Shown: positions 1 through 8,556, counted from the first letter of the stretch. The stretch is 32,000 bases of DNA from an archaeon GW2011_AR10 (GCA_000830275.1 CP010424.1:180001-212000); one strand, 5' to 3'. The notes: a model not told the origin generated them from the sequence alone. Numbers and translations: made by a program.

Positions 1-280
1 GAATTCAAGGGAGCTGCTTGGCAGCACGAAAACGAATTCGTCCACTTCCAAGCTGTAGGGGAGCTTTCCCTTCAGCTTTCCTTTTGATGGCCTTGTTAGC
101 ACTTCTATTCCAATTGCTTTTCCTGTTTTTGTTTCAATTAGGAAGTCGAAAGAGCCAGCGCGCAGCCCGCGCTTTTCTAGCAGAACCGGCTGCTCCACTG
201 AAATGCTTTTAATTTGGAGTGAATTAAGCAGCTCCATTCTGCGCAGCTCGTGGAGAGTGTAAAAGTGCATCAGTTGCGTT
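1..280 (-). CDS. Hypothetical protein, C-terminally truncated by the window edge; possible PD-(D/E)xK-like nuclease motif
   Basis: Manual minus-strand translation from ATG at 278-280 gives MHFYTLHELRRMELLNSLQIKSISVEQPVLLEKRGLRAGSFDFLIETKTGKAIGIEVLTRPSKGKL... open to position 1. It is missing from the ORF track because it has no stop inside the window. An in-frame TGA lies upstream at 338-340. The FDFL...GKAIGIEV pattern loosely resembles nuclease-fold D...E.K motifs. Confidence 0.4.
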
Positions 281-412
281 AGGCCGTTCCCGGCAAATTC
301 AAGACTTACCGCTATCCTGTCACCTTTTCAATAGCTTTTAAAACAGCTTTGTTTTAAAATATCTGTAAACATATTTCATTAAAACTTTAATTAAATTTTT
401 GTGGTGGGGCTG

Positions 413-1198
413 ATGGTTTTCCTGCAGTCTGGGCTGTTTGGAGCAATTCTCGCGTTCATTTTCCTTCCCCTGCTAATAATTGCTTTTTTTGTTTTGCTTG
501 CCTCAATAAAAATCATTCAAGAGTATGAAAGGGGAGTTAAGTTCACGCTTGGAAGATTTGGTGGGATAATGGGGCCAGGCCTTAACATCCTTTTTCCGAT
601 TATTCAGTCTTACAGGAAAATAGATTTGAGGGTAAAAACGGTTGATGTGCCAAAACAGGAAGTGATGACTCAGGATAATGTTCCTGTTAGGGTTAATGCA
701 GTGGTTTATTTTAAGGTTGAAGACCCGGCTAAGGCAGTGCTAAAAATTGAGGACTACATGTATGCCACTTCCCAATACGCTCAAACAGCTTTAAGGGATG
801 TGCTGGGGGAAGCTAGCCTGGACAATGTGTTAACCAAGAGGGATGAGCTTGCAGTGAAAATCAAAAACATTGCTGACAAGGAAACAGATGCATGGGGAAT
901 TGATGTTACGGCTGTTAAAATGCAGGACATAGAGCTGCCAGATAATATGAAGAGGACAATGGCAAAACAGGCTGAAGCCGAAAGAGAGAAAAGGGCAGTT
1001 ATAATCAAGGCAGAAGGAGAAGTTATTGCGTCAGGCAACCTTGCAAAAGCAGCTGCAACCCTTTCAAAATCCCCGGGAGCACTGCACCTTAGAACCCTTA
1101 ACACCATCAATGACTTGAGCTCCGATCAGTCAAATACTGTTATTTTCGTTGTTCCGCTTGAAGTATTGAGGGCTTTTGAGAGATTTGGCAAAAAATAG
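413..1198 (+). CDS. SPFH/band-7 family protein (stomatin/prohibitin-like)
   Basis: The protein has an N-terminal TM helix followed by IIQEYERGVKFTLGRF...RVKTVDVPKQEVMTQDNVPVRVNAVVYFKV...ALRDVLGE...AEAEREKRAVIIKAEGE, which is typical of an SPFH domain plus coiled coil. The track start at 401 is GTG, and ATG at 413 is more likely. Confidence 0.9.
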   Translation: MVFLQSGLFGAILAFIFLPLLIIAFFVLLASIKIIQEYERGVKFTLGRFGGIMGPGLNILFPIIQSYRKIDLRVKTVDVPKQEVMTQDNVPVRVNAVVYFKVEDPAKAVLKIEDYMYATSQYAQTALRDVLGEASLDNVLTKRDELAVKIKNIADKETDAWGIDVTAVKMQDIELPDNMKRTMAKQAEAEREKRAVIIKAEGEVIASGNLAKAAATLSKSPGALHLRTLNTINDLSSDQSNTVIFVVPLEVLRAFERFGKK

Positions 1199-1250
1199 GT
1201 TTTTTTCTTCTTCGGCAGGGTTTTAATATTTTTCAGCCAATACTTATTGT

Positions 1251-1481
1251 ATGGTGGGGGTAAAAGGGCAAGCTGATCCAAACCTACCCCAAATAACGTT
1301 CGGGGTTTTTTTGGTTGCATTATCGGTTGTTTTGCTGTTGGGCTCGCTTGACTTGCTGGACTTTGACAGGTTGCCTGGAAACGCAAACGTTGATGTGTTC
1401 ATTGCCTTTGGGGTTCTGGCAATTGGCCTGATATACGTTTTCGGTTACCTGAACCCAAGGAAAAACAATAAAGAAAAATAA
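1251..1481 (+). CDS. Small predicted membrane protein (two hydrophobic segments), function unknown
   Basis: This is a 76 aa ORF with an ATG start directly downstream of the SPFH gene. It has two hydrophobic stretches (FGVFLVALSVVLLLGSL and VFIAFGVLAIGLIYVFGY). I recognise no homology. Confidence 0.35.
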   Translation: MVGVKGQADPNLPQITFGVFLVALSVVLLLGSLDLLDFDRLPGNANVDVFIAFGVLAIGLIYVFGYLNPRKNNKEK

Positions 1482-1508
1482 AAGAAAAAAAGAATTAGGC
1501 AAAGGTTT

Positions 1509-1594
1509 ATAGCAAATGACAAAAATATTTGAACAAATAATGTCATTTGCTATCTATCAGGCGACAATAAATGTTCAAAAATTAATGTCGCCTG
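1509..1594. repeat. Two adjacent perfect inverted repeats (13 bp and 9 bp arms) between convergent genes; possible bidirectional terminator or structured RNA
   Basis: ATAGCAAATGACA (1509-1521) pairs with TGTCATTTGCTAT (1541-1553). CAGGCGACA (1558-1566) pairs with TGTCGCCTG (1586-1594). Both loops are 19 nt and AT-rich, and they carry TTGAACA and its complement TGTTCAA. Confidence 0.6.
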
Positions 1595-1619
1595 CTATAG
1601 TTGTAAGAGATTGCAATTG

Positions 1620-2000
1620 TTATGTTGTGGCAGGAAGGCAAAACCTTACGATTTCCCCTCTTTTCAGTGCCTCTTTCCTTATCCCTGAAAGCGTTAGCCC
1701 AACAGTCATTCCTTGCTTGGCTTTAGAGACCCCGTATTTTGACTCTATTTCTATGAGGTCAAAAGCGTTTTCCCCAATTGAACCCCTCATGTTTTGTTCC
1801 AGCACCCCTGAGAGCACTTCCCCAACCATGAAGATTTCATCTTGCCCCACGAACTGGCAGACGGCTTTTACTTTAACGTCAGTTCTTTCCCCGGAACTGG
1901 CTTGAATGTTGTCCAGAGGCCTGGTTACCTCCTTAAAAGCTTCTGTTTGGGTGGGCTTTTTGCTCCCCCCGTAAATAAGTGAGATTAGGCTCATCCCCAT
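1620..2000 (-). CDS. Small EF-Tu domain-2-like beta-barrel protein
   Basis: GEVLSGVLEQNMRGSIGENAFDLIEIESKYGVSKAKQGMTVGLTLSGIRKEALKRGEIV matches the translation-factor domain II pattern (G.v..G.l......i.sie.....v..A..G..vgl.l.g......rGe.v). The track start at 2045 is TTG, and ATG at 1998-2000 is preferred. Confidence 0.55.
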   Translation of the reverse strand: MGMSLISLIYGGSKKPTQTEAFKEVTRPLDNIQASSGERTDVKVKAVCQFVGQDEIFMVGEVLSGVLEQNMRGSIGENAFDLIEIESKYGVSKAKQGMTVGLTLSGIRKEALKRGEIVRFCLPATT

Positions 2001-2205
2001 CAACTCCTTGTGTTTTTGGAAAAGACAAATTAATTGAAAAGGCAATTAATTATTTTTCCACAACTATAATATGCTAACCTCTTATTTTAATTTATTTATT
2101 AATAAATCAAACTAATTGCTAACAGAAACTTAAGATTTCTAATAGTTTTTTGGCTTTTTCCCGGCCTTTTTCTTCAAAATCAGAGCAATTTTTTCCTTAA
2201 AGTTT

Positions 2206-2586
2206 TTATTTGCTCCCTCTTTTCCTGTACCAGAAAATCAGGTTGATTATTACGGCTGCTGAAAAAACCATTATGAGGTCAACCATTGTATCGTTTAGGC
2301 TTGGCTGCAGTCCCAAGCCGAACATTTTGTCTGCAAGGAACTCGATTATTTCCCATGCTGCCCCAACCCCTAAAGTGATTGCAACATTTACTGCATAATA
2401 GTATTTTTTCAGGTATTCGTGGAGAAAACTAATCACAATTGAGGAAACAAGCGCTCCCCCGACAAAATGCGTTACAATGTCCCATGCAACAAGAGTCCTG
2501 TAAAGATTGAAGACGTTCCCGAAGAATTCTCCCAGCACAAACAAAACAAACAAAAAAATTGTTTCAGTCGAAACCAATTTCCCCAT
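2206..2586 (-). CDS. Integral membrane protein, function unknown
   Basis: The ORF has four hydrophobic segments. ATG at 2584-2586 is preferred because the track start at 2607 is TTG. Confidence 0.6.
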   Translation of the reverse strand: MGKLVSTETIFLFVLFVLGEFFGNVFNLYRTLVAWDIVTHFVGGALVSSIVISFLHEYLKKYYYAVNVAITLGVGAAWEIIEFLADKMFGLGLQPSLNDTMVDLIMVFSAAVIINLIFWYRKRGSK

Positions 2587-2649
2587 AAAATAGCCCTTAA
2601 AGAGCAAATCTTAAAAGGCATTCCGAACCCAATTTCTTTCTATATTAGT

Positions 2650-2734
2650 GCGGGGGTCCGATAGCGGTCAATTCGGCTAGCTTGAGGGGCTAGTGCCTTA
2701 GTGGCTTTCGGCAGTTCGAATCTGCCCCTCCGCA
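2650..2734 (+). tRNA. tRNA-Leu(GAG), class II, no intron, CCA not encoded
   Basis: I folded this by hand. The acceptor is GCGGGGG/CCTCCGC (one G-U) and the D stem is CGA/TCG. The anticodon stem is CTAGC/GCTAG with loop TTGAGGG (anticodon GAG, G37). There is a 16-nt variable arm (GCC/GGC stem), T arm GGCAG-TTCGAAT-CTGCC, and discriminator A. Confidence 0.9.
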
Positions 2735-2736
2735 TG

Positions 2737-3627
2737 CTATTTTTCCAGTAGTACTGCGTAACCATACTCTCCTTGTTTGTCCTGGGTGGTTTCTATTTTG
2801 ATGGGTTTTAATCCGTGTCTATTAAAGAAACTGCGGATGTTTTCCTCTGATTTGAACAGGTTTTTTTCTGCAGCCAGTTTTCTTATTATTGCTCTTGATC
2901 TCTCCAATTTGTTTCTGATTGCTCCTAATTCCTGCAATGCCGATTGTCTTCTGGGCCCTCTGGCTTGGATGTCCTGGAATGATTTAATGAAGTTAGTTAA
3001 TATCCTTTTCATGTGCGGGTTTTGGCCTCCCAAATTCCACCTGTTTGCAAATCCAACAATTTCCGGAGGCCTAACAAATTTTTCGCGTTCAATGTTCCGA
3101 ACCAATTCCGCCATCTTATCATAATAAGTTGAAGTTGCGGCAATTCCTTTCATGTGAAGTGACTTTGGTTTGTGAAGCAGAATTACGGCTTTCCCCCCTT
3201 TCTTCAGTACCCTTCTTATTTCTTGAGTTGCTTTTTTTTTATCAATGTACGATAAAACATAGCTGACTAAAATTTTGTCTGCAGAAGCATTTGCAAATGG
3301 TAATGCTAATCCGCTTGCCCTGATTCTGGAATGTTGTACTGAGTGTTCTTCGAAAGGAACATGAGTCGGCTCTACTGAAAGAACTCTTACTCTTCTGTCT
3401 GTCAAACCGCTTGTAATTTTTCCTGCTCCGGCACCAATATCAATTATGGTGTGGTTCGGCTGGGTTATGCCTTGGTTCAACATTTTCCTTGCTGCCAAGA
3501 GGTCCGGCTCATTCCCCTTGTAATCCGGCAACATTATCCCTATGTCGTGGTAATCCTGCCATAGCCTGATTGTTTCATCTTTTCTCTGGAAACCATGTTT
3601 TTTGGGGTTCTTTCCTGGACGCTGCAT
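2737..3627 (-). CDS. Class I SAM-dependent methyltransferase with a C-terminal helical extension
   Basis: Motif I is IIDIGAGAGKITSGL, the post-I acidic residue sits in VLSVEP, and ADKILVSYVLSYI...VLKKGGKAVILL follows. The stop lies 2 nt after the tRNA-Leu 3' end. Confidence 0.85.
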   Translation of the reverse strand: MQRPGKNPKKHGFQRKDETIRLWQDYHDIGIMLPDYKGNEPDLLAARKMLNQGITQPNHTIIDIGAGAGKITSGLTDRRVRVLSVEPTHVPFEEHSVQHSRIRASGLALPFANASADKILVSYVLSYIDKKKATQEIRRVLKKGGKAVILLHKPKSLHMKGIAATSTYYDKMAELVRNIEREKFVRPPEIVGFANRWNLGGQNPHMKRILTNFIKSFQDIQARGPRRQSALQELGAIRNKLERSRAIIRKLAAEKNLFKSEENIRSFFNRHGLKPIKIETTQDKQGEYGYAVLLEK

Positions 3628-3657
3628 AAAAGAGATTGATTTTTAACATTTATAAGT

Positions 3658-3695
3658 TTAGTGCCTATGGGGCTAGAATCTACCCATCCGCATTC
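3658..3695 (+). repeat. Degenerate copy of the 3' part of tRNA-Leu (variable arm to 3' end), same orientation
   Basis: tagtgcctatggggctag--aatctacccatccgcat aligns to tRNA positions 2691-2736 (tagtgccttagtggctttcggcagttcgaatctgcccctccgcat). An 8-nt block is identical, the terminal block matches at 15/17, and about 10 nt of the T arm are deleted. Confidence 0.6.
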
Positions 3696-3726
3696 TTGGA
3701 AATTGTATAGTTGTTAAGTATGATTT

Positions 3727-4140
3727 TTATTTGAGATTTTCCTTTATTATTTTCTGAGTTTTGTATAGTTCTTCTTTTCCTGCTTCCTTTGAAGGCCACC
3801 TAAAACCCAATCCGTCTCCTTCCTTTCGCGGAATAACGTGGAAGTGGGCATGGAAAACAACTTGCCCAGCTTCTTTCTCGTTTGACTGCAAAATATTGAA
3901 CCCTTTGGCTCCCAAAGCTTTCATCTGCGCTGCACCAATTTTTTTTGCAGTTTCAAGCACTTTTCCAAGCTCTTTTTCCGGCACATCAACAATTGTTCGG
4001 TAATGGTTTTTTGGAATCACCAGTGCATGCCCTTTGGTGATGGGAAAAATGTCAAGAAAACTAAGAACAGCCTTGTCCTCGTATAGCTTAGTTGAAGGCA
4101 GCTTTCCTTGCACGATTTTACAGAAAACGCATTCCTCCAT
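3727..4140 (-). CDS. HIT (histidine triad) family nucleotide hydrolase/transferase
   Basis: The N-terminus is CVFCKIV..., and the histidine triad reads HAHFHVIPR. Confidence 0.9.
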   Translation of the reverse strand: MEECVFCKIVQGKLPSTKLYEDKAVLSFLDIFPITKGHALVIPKNHYRTIVDVPEKELGKVLETAKKIGAAQMKALGAKGFNILQSNEKEAGQVVFHAHFHVIPRKEGDGLGFRWPSKEAGKEELYKTQKIIKENLK

Positions 4141-4173
4141 TAAATCACCTTAAACCATTTTGTTGGGAAAGAA

Positions 4174-4581
4174 TTAAAGCCCTTTTGCGAATTTTTTTTT
4201 GAGCTTGGTGAAAGCGCTGAACACAAACCCGCCCAAGATTATTACATAAAATAAAAATGTGATAAAGAAAAACCAAGGAGAAGCCACTGAAACAACAATG
4301 AGGATTACAAGCATTATGAGAAGAATCTCTTTTGAAACAATCATTTTTGTTCCCACCAAAATAAGCCAGCCAACTAGGATTGCCTGCAGCAGGAAAAAGT
4401 TTTCCTTAAACATTTCACTTAACGCCAAAAAGCCAACAAGCACAACTAGGAAATGCAGCCTTCCTGAATTATTGTCGGCTGCAACAAAGTGAATAATTAC
4501 AGCAAAATAAATCAGAATTGTTACTATCTGCTCGTAAAGCGGAGGAAATAAACCCATAATAGCAGTACTGCATTCCAACAT
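4174..4581 (-). CDS. Integral membrane protein, function unknown
   Basis: The 135 aa product is almost entirely hydrophobic helices. It is co-directional with and closely spaced to the DUF192 and HIT genes. Confidence 0.6.
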   Translation of the reverse strand: MLECSTAIMGLFPPLYEQIVTILIYFAVIIHFVAADNNSGRLHFLVVLVGFLALSEMFKENFFLLQAILVGWLILVGTKMIVSKEILLIMLVILIVVSVASPWFFFITFLFYVIILGGFVFSAFTKLKKKFAKGL

Positions 4582-4597
4582 TTAATTGTTGCTGGTT

Positions 4598-5044
4598 TCA
4601 TTCAGGCAAATCAAATTCAACTGAGTCATTTTCCTTAATTCCTTTTCGTCCAGCAAACCCGGCGTTCACTTCCAGCACATACTTGACTGGTTTTCTTGAA
4701 GGATAGGAAGGGCACGGGTCAGCCTTGCACGGCTGTACGTTTTCTGTTATGCCAGCAATTTTTTTGCTTTCATCAATCCACATAATGTCCAATGGAATCA
4801 AAGTGTTTTTCATCCAGAAAGAGCGCGGGCTTGAATCAGGGAAAATGAAAAGCATTCCTGAATTTTCAGGCAAGCTTTCTCTGAACATTAGGCCAAGCGC
4901 TTGTTCCCCTGCTTCATCAGCTGTTTCAACTTCAATGCAGGCTTTTCCCTGAACGCAAACCGTTGGAGTGGTTGCTCCTTGTTGCGGTTGCTGGACGCAA
5001 CCCAAAGAAAGCAAAACCACAAACAATAACGCAAATTTTTTCAT
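4598..5044 (-). CDS. DUF192-family secreted protein/lipoprotein
   Basis: The signal peptide ends in LSLGC. GLMFRESLPENSGMLFIFPDSSPRSFWMKNTLIPLDIMWID...KYVLEVNAGF matches the DUF192 consensus. Confidence 0.75.
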   Translation of the reverse strand: MKKFALLFVVLLSLGCVQQPQQGATTPTVCVQGKACIEVETADEAGEQALGLMFRESLPENSGMLFIFPDSSPRSFWMKNTLIPLDIMWIDESKKIAGITENVQPCKADPCPSYPSRKPVKYVLEVNAGFAGRKGIKENDSVEFDLPE

Positions 5045-5269
5045 CCAATCACTTAAAATAACTAATAAAAAATTTTTTTAATAAAACCGTGTTTGGTTTG
5101 AGTTAATTCACTCTTTTTATCACCAGTGCAATGTTTGGAAGCCGCGAGCCTGTTCTGAGCAGCCAATTAATTTAGCTTTCCCCTGCTTAATAATTTTTCT
5201 GGTAATGCCTTCTGCCAATTTAATTAAAAGCTTTTACGGTGAATTTTTAATAAAAGGAGGTAAAATTGT

Positions 5270-5776
5270 ATGAGCAAACCAGCATTTTTTCTTGCAGTGC
5301 TTTTGTTTTCCGCTGCATTAATAGCCTCAGTTAGCGCACATGGGCCAACAGTGCCGCCAACCGAGCCGCCCACTGTTGGAAGCGGTGATTTCCGCACAAT
5401 CGGCTTCTGGAAGCACCAGTTTGCAGTCGCAACCAGTAACAACAATGGAAAAGCTCAGATTTCAGCATCCGATCTTCAAGGCCTATTGGACGAGCTTGAT
5501 GCCAACTGGACAACTTTTTCAGGCACAACGCTTGGCGAAGGCTACGATCTTCTTTGGCTGAAGAAAGCTTCAATGGAGGAAAGGGCAAGGCAGCAGTGCT
5601 TTGCAACCCTGCTTAACTGGGCTAACGGAGCAGTTGCTTTTGGAGAACTTGTTGACACGGACTACGATGGGTTTCCAGACACAACATTCAGCGATGCAAT
5701 GGCTGATGCATTAACAGGAAGCGACTACGAGAACAACAAGAACATCTGTGATTCAATCAACAACATGAATCCCTAA
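5270..5776 (+). CDS. Secreted protein, function unknown
   Basis: A strong SD (AAAGGAGGT) lies 8 nt upstream of the ATG. The signal peptide is MSKPAFFLAVLLFSAALIASVSA, followed by a Pro/Thr linker. I recognise no family. Confidence 0.7.
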   Translation: MSKPAFFLAVLLFSAALIASVSAHGPTVPPTEPPTVGSGDFRTIGFWKHQFAVATSNNNGKAQISASDLQGLLDELDANWTTFSGTTLGEGYDLLWLKKASMEERARQQCFATLLNWANGAVAFGELVDTDYDGFPDTTFSDAMADALTGSDYENNKNICDSINNMNP

Positions 5777-5783
5777 TTCTCCC

Positions 5784-5799
5784 TTTTTTTCTTTTTTTT
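5784..5799 (+). terminator. Oligo-T tracts (T7, T8) after the secreted-protein gene
   Basis: The sequence cccTTTTTTTcTTTTTTTTc begins 8 nt after the stop codon, the pattern expected of an archaeal oligo-T terminator. Confidence 0.4.
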
Positions 5800-5838
5800 C
5801 ACCAAACATTTAAATATCTGCTAGGCCTTCTTTTTTTC

Positions 5839-6261
5839 ATGGCAAGGCCTCCAAGGAAAGAGAAAACCAGGAGCAGGTTTGGTGCTACTGGCTTCAGGGT
5901 TGGAAACCCTAGAAAGTCATCCATTGTTTACAAGATGGCTGATTTGCTGCTTGAGCTAGAGAAGTTTTCAAGGAATAACGGAAGGCACTTTTCTAGTGAA
6001 ACAATAATGCATTACATGAAGGAGGAGGATTTGCCGGATGAAGTTAGAAAAAAGCTTGCAATGAAATGGCATATGCCAATGCGTTCAGACGGGTTCGGTG
6101 AAATTGTTGACACTGCAATTAAGAACCTCCGGGACCAAGTTGTTTACCCTAAAGTTGGAAAAAAGGAAATGCGGGTAACGCATGCAGGTAGCTGGGCAGC
6201 AGAAGAACAAAGGCTTCCTCCAGGCTACAGGAAAAAAATCAGGGAAATGGAGCGCCCCTAA
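5839..6261 (+). CDS. Hypothetical basic protein
   Basis: This is a 140 aa ORF. A TATA-like TTTAAATAT at 5809-5817 sits about 25 nt before the ATG, which suggests a leaderless mRNA. I recognise no family. Confidence 0.55.
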   Translation: MARPPRKEKTRSRFGATGFRVGNPRKSSIVYKMADLLLELEKFSRNNGRHFSSETIMHYMKEEDLPDEVRKKLAMKWHMPMRSDGFGEIVDTAIKNLRDQVVYPKVGKKEMRVTHAGSWAAEEQRLPPGYRKKIREMERP

Positions 6262-6262
6262 C

Positions 6263-6334
6263 AAATTTATAACCCGTTTCTCGGAAGCGGGTTAGGCGTT
6301 TGAGTTACTTCCGGGCGCAACTGGAATGCGGGAA
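6263..6334. repeat. About 70-nt repeat, copy A, homologous to the 3' trailer of tRNA-Ser(UGA) (copy B at 11330-11401)
   Basis: The first 19 nt (aaatttataacccgtttct) are identical in both copies, and similarity continues at roughly 70-75 percent for about 70 nt. Both contain an AACCCGTTTC-N3-GAAACGGGTT-type 10-bp hairpin, with one G-U in copy A. Confidence 0.6.
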
Positions 6335-6359
6335 CTGGCGAAAAAGCTAATAGTTCGAG

Positions 6360-7391
6360 TTAGCTCCCATTCTTCGGTTGTTTTTTAGTATTATGGCTAA
6401 AATTGTCAATGATTTTTGTGTCTGAAAATGGGTAATAGTTCCATGCTCCGTGCATTTTGTAGTAGATTATTGACTCGCATTCTTTGAAGTTGTCCGGGTA
6501 TTTTCTTCTGAATTTGTCTAAAAGCGAGTATAGTTCGTGGATATTTTTTACTATTGCCCTGAATTCAAGTTCACAGTACCCTATTGTTTTTGTGATTGAA
6601 ACGACTGAATTTTCAGAAAGCAGGAAATCAATCATGCTTTTCTCTGTTTCCTCAGTCAAGTTCTCTAAGTGCAGGAATGCCCTGTAATGAAGATACCCTA
6701 AAAGTTGGTAGTTAATGAAAACCCTGTAACCTAGAATAATTTTCTGTTTCTCCATTTGTTTTATTCTGTTTTTTACTGCATTGGGGGTCAATTCAATTTT
6801 CTCACCCAGTTCGTGGAGAGAAATCCTGCAGTTTTTTGCCAGTTCTGCAAGAATAACTTTATCGTGATTGTCAAGCTCTGTTTTTTCTATGTCTCCAGTC
6901 ATTACTATTCTTTCGCTTGAATTCACTTCAAGCAACGGAGTTGGTTTTGTATAGTAAAAATCGGTCTCAATCACAATCTGTTTGCTTTTCACATATTTTT
7001 CATAGTCTTTCATTATTTTCTGGTAGAGGCGTTTGAAATGCATTATGCTTTCAGCCCATAGGTCAATAGTGTAATCCCATTTGCCGTTAACAGAAATGTT
7101 CACGCCAATGCTGTCCTGTGCGGTCATGTGCTTTACGAACTTTTCCTCAATTTCAGGAGTCAGGTGGTGGAACTTGAAATAAACCATGTAAATTTCCAAG
7201 CCGATTTTAGAGGCATTGATGTCCGTGTAAAAGCCCATTATAATGTTCCTTTTAACCAGATTCTCAACGCGATACTTTGCAACCTGCTTTGAAATGCCAG
7301 TTTCTTTTGCAAGCTGTGACAAGGGCATTCTTGCATTAAAATCAAGTGCAAAAATTATCTTTTTGTCAGTCAAATCAAGTTGTCCATCCAT
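6360..7391 (-). CDS. Tandem (duplicated) Lrp/AsnC-family transcriptional regulator
   Basis: There are two winged-HTH segments: LTDKKIIFALDFNARMPLSQLAKETGISKQVAKYRVENLVKRNII and LDNHDKVILAELAKNCRISLHELGEKIELTPNAVKNRIKQMEKQKII. Each is followed by an alpha/beta RAM-like region. Confidence 0.8.
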   Translation of the reverse strand: MDGQLDLTDKKIIFALDFNARMPLSQLAKETGISKQVAKYRVENLVKRNIIMGFYTDINASKIGLEIYMVYFKFHHLTPEIEEKFVKHMTAQDSIGVNISVNGKWDYTIDLWAESIMHFKRLYQKIMKDYEKYVKSKQIVIETDFYYTKPTPLLEVNSSERIVMTGDIEKTELDNHDKVILAELAKNCRISLHELGEKIELTPNAVKNRIKQMEKQKIILGYRVFINYQLLGYLHYRAFLHLENLTEETEKSMIDFLLSENSVVSITKTIGYCELEFRAIVKNIHELYSLLDKFRRKYPDNFKECESIIYYKMHGAWNYYPFSDTKIIDNFSHNTKKQPKNGS

Positions 7392-7541
7392 AATTTAACT
7401 ATAATACGTTATTTAATATAAATATTGCGTTTTGTAAAAAATAGTGTTTAAAAAATTTAAATATGTGAATATATCCTATATTTATACATAACTGTAATTT
7501 TGCTTTCATTTAAACGTTCAAACTGACAAGGTGAGGCAATA

Positions 7542-8555
7542 ATGGCCTTAAGGATATGCATAAGTGGCTTTGGAAGGGTTGGAAGAGCAATATTCAGAGC
7601 AAACTGGGAACAGGGCAACAATTTCGAAGTTGCGGCAATAAAGGACATAATGCCAGTTGAAAACAGCGCATACCTGCTCAAGCATGATTCACACTACGGA
7701 GAATTCGAAGAAGACATAAAAGTCATGGGGGAAAACCTTGTTATAGGCGGTATTGAACTTCCTTATTTCAAGGAAAAAGAAAACTCGAAAATCCCCTTAA
7801 AAGGGCTCGATGTGGACATTCTAGTTGATGCATCAGGAATTGACTCAAAAAAAGCGGACAGAAAGATAATTTCAGGCAAACTTGTTAATGTGGTTTACAC
7901 TAGAAACAGCGAAGATGTAGATATTACCCTGGTTTATGGAGTAAACAATGAAGAGTACCGTCCAGCAAAGCATAAACTCATCTCTGCAGGCAGTTGTACT
8001 GGAAACGCAATGGCACCAATTGCAAAAGTAATTGAAGAGAATTTTGGGATAGTTGAAGGGCATTTTGTGGTGGTTCACCCTGCACTCAGCGACCAAAAAC
8101 TACTCGACAGTGCACACCCTTATTTTACTCTCGGAAGAAATGCGATGCATTCAATAATTCCTTACAAAACCAACATTGCAAAATCAACAATCAAGGTAAT
8201 ACCCTCACTTGAAGGAAAGCTCACCGCCTCGAGTTACAGGGTTCCCACAACAGCAGTAACCGCAATAAACGCAAACTTCAAAATTAAAAACGAAACAACA
8301 ATGGAGCGGCTAAAGGAAATTCTGAAAAAACTCGAACCTGAAAAGCTGGTAAAATATGATGAGGGTTTCATGCAATACCCAAAAACAAGCATTGACTACA
8401 TCAAATGCCCTTATACTTCAATTGTGCTCGGAACAGAAACAAGGGTTGAGGGAAAAAAATTGTCGATTAGTATTTTCCATGACAACGAATGGGGCTATGC
8501 CTGCAGAGTCAACGACCTGCTAAATTACATACACAAACAAAACAAGAGGCAATGA
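7542..8555 (+). CDS. gap: Divergent type-I-like glyceraldehyde-3-phosphate dehydrogenase family protein
   Basis: The NAD motif is ISGFGRVGR. The catalytic region is SAGSCTGNAMAPIAKVIEENFGIVEGHFVVVHP, with Cys and His retained. The STGAAKA motif is replaced by YKTNIAKS, and the phosphate-site RR region reads TLGRNA. An SD (AGGTGAGG) lies upstream. Confidence 0.75.
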   Translation: MALRICISGFGRVGRAIFRANWEQGNNFEVAAIKDIMPVENSAYLLKHDSHYGEFEEDIKVMGENLVIGGIELPYFKEKENSKIPLKGLDVDILVDASGIDSKKADRKIISGKLVNVVYTRNSEDVDITLVYGVNNEEYRPAKHKLISAGSCTGNAMAPIAKVIEENFGIVEGHFVVVHPALSDQKLLDSAHPYFTLGRNAMHSIIPYKTNIAKSTIKVIPSLEGKLTASSYRVPTTAVTAINANFKIKNETTMERLKEILKKLEPEKLVKYDEGFMQYPKTSIDYIKCPYTSIVLGTETRVEGKKLSISIFHDNEWGYACRVNDLLNYIHKQNKRQ

Positions 8556-8556
8556 T

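Noticed and set aside
1-6. GAATTC (EcoRI site) exactly at the window start
   Set aside because: It may reflect a cloning or contig boundary, but it carries no biological information and cannot be tested from this window.
18-212. 64-aa plus-strand ORF at the window start
   Set aside because: It translates to a low-complexity Leu/Phe/Ala-rich peptide. The opposite strand carries a better ORF (1-280) that runs off the window and has normal composition.
1516-1905. 129-aa plus-strand ORF
   Set aside because: It starts inside the inverted-repeat pair and is antisense to the EF-Tu-domain-2-like ORF, which has a recognisable fold signature. Its composition is Ser/Pro-rich, like a shadow ORF.
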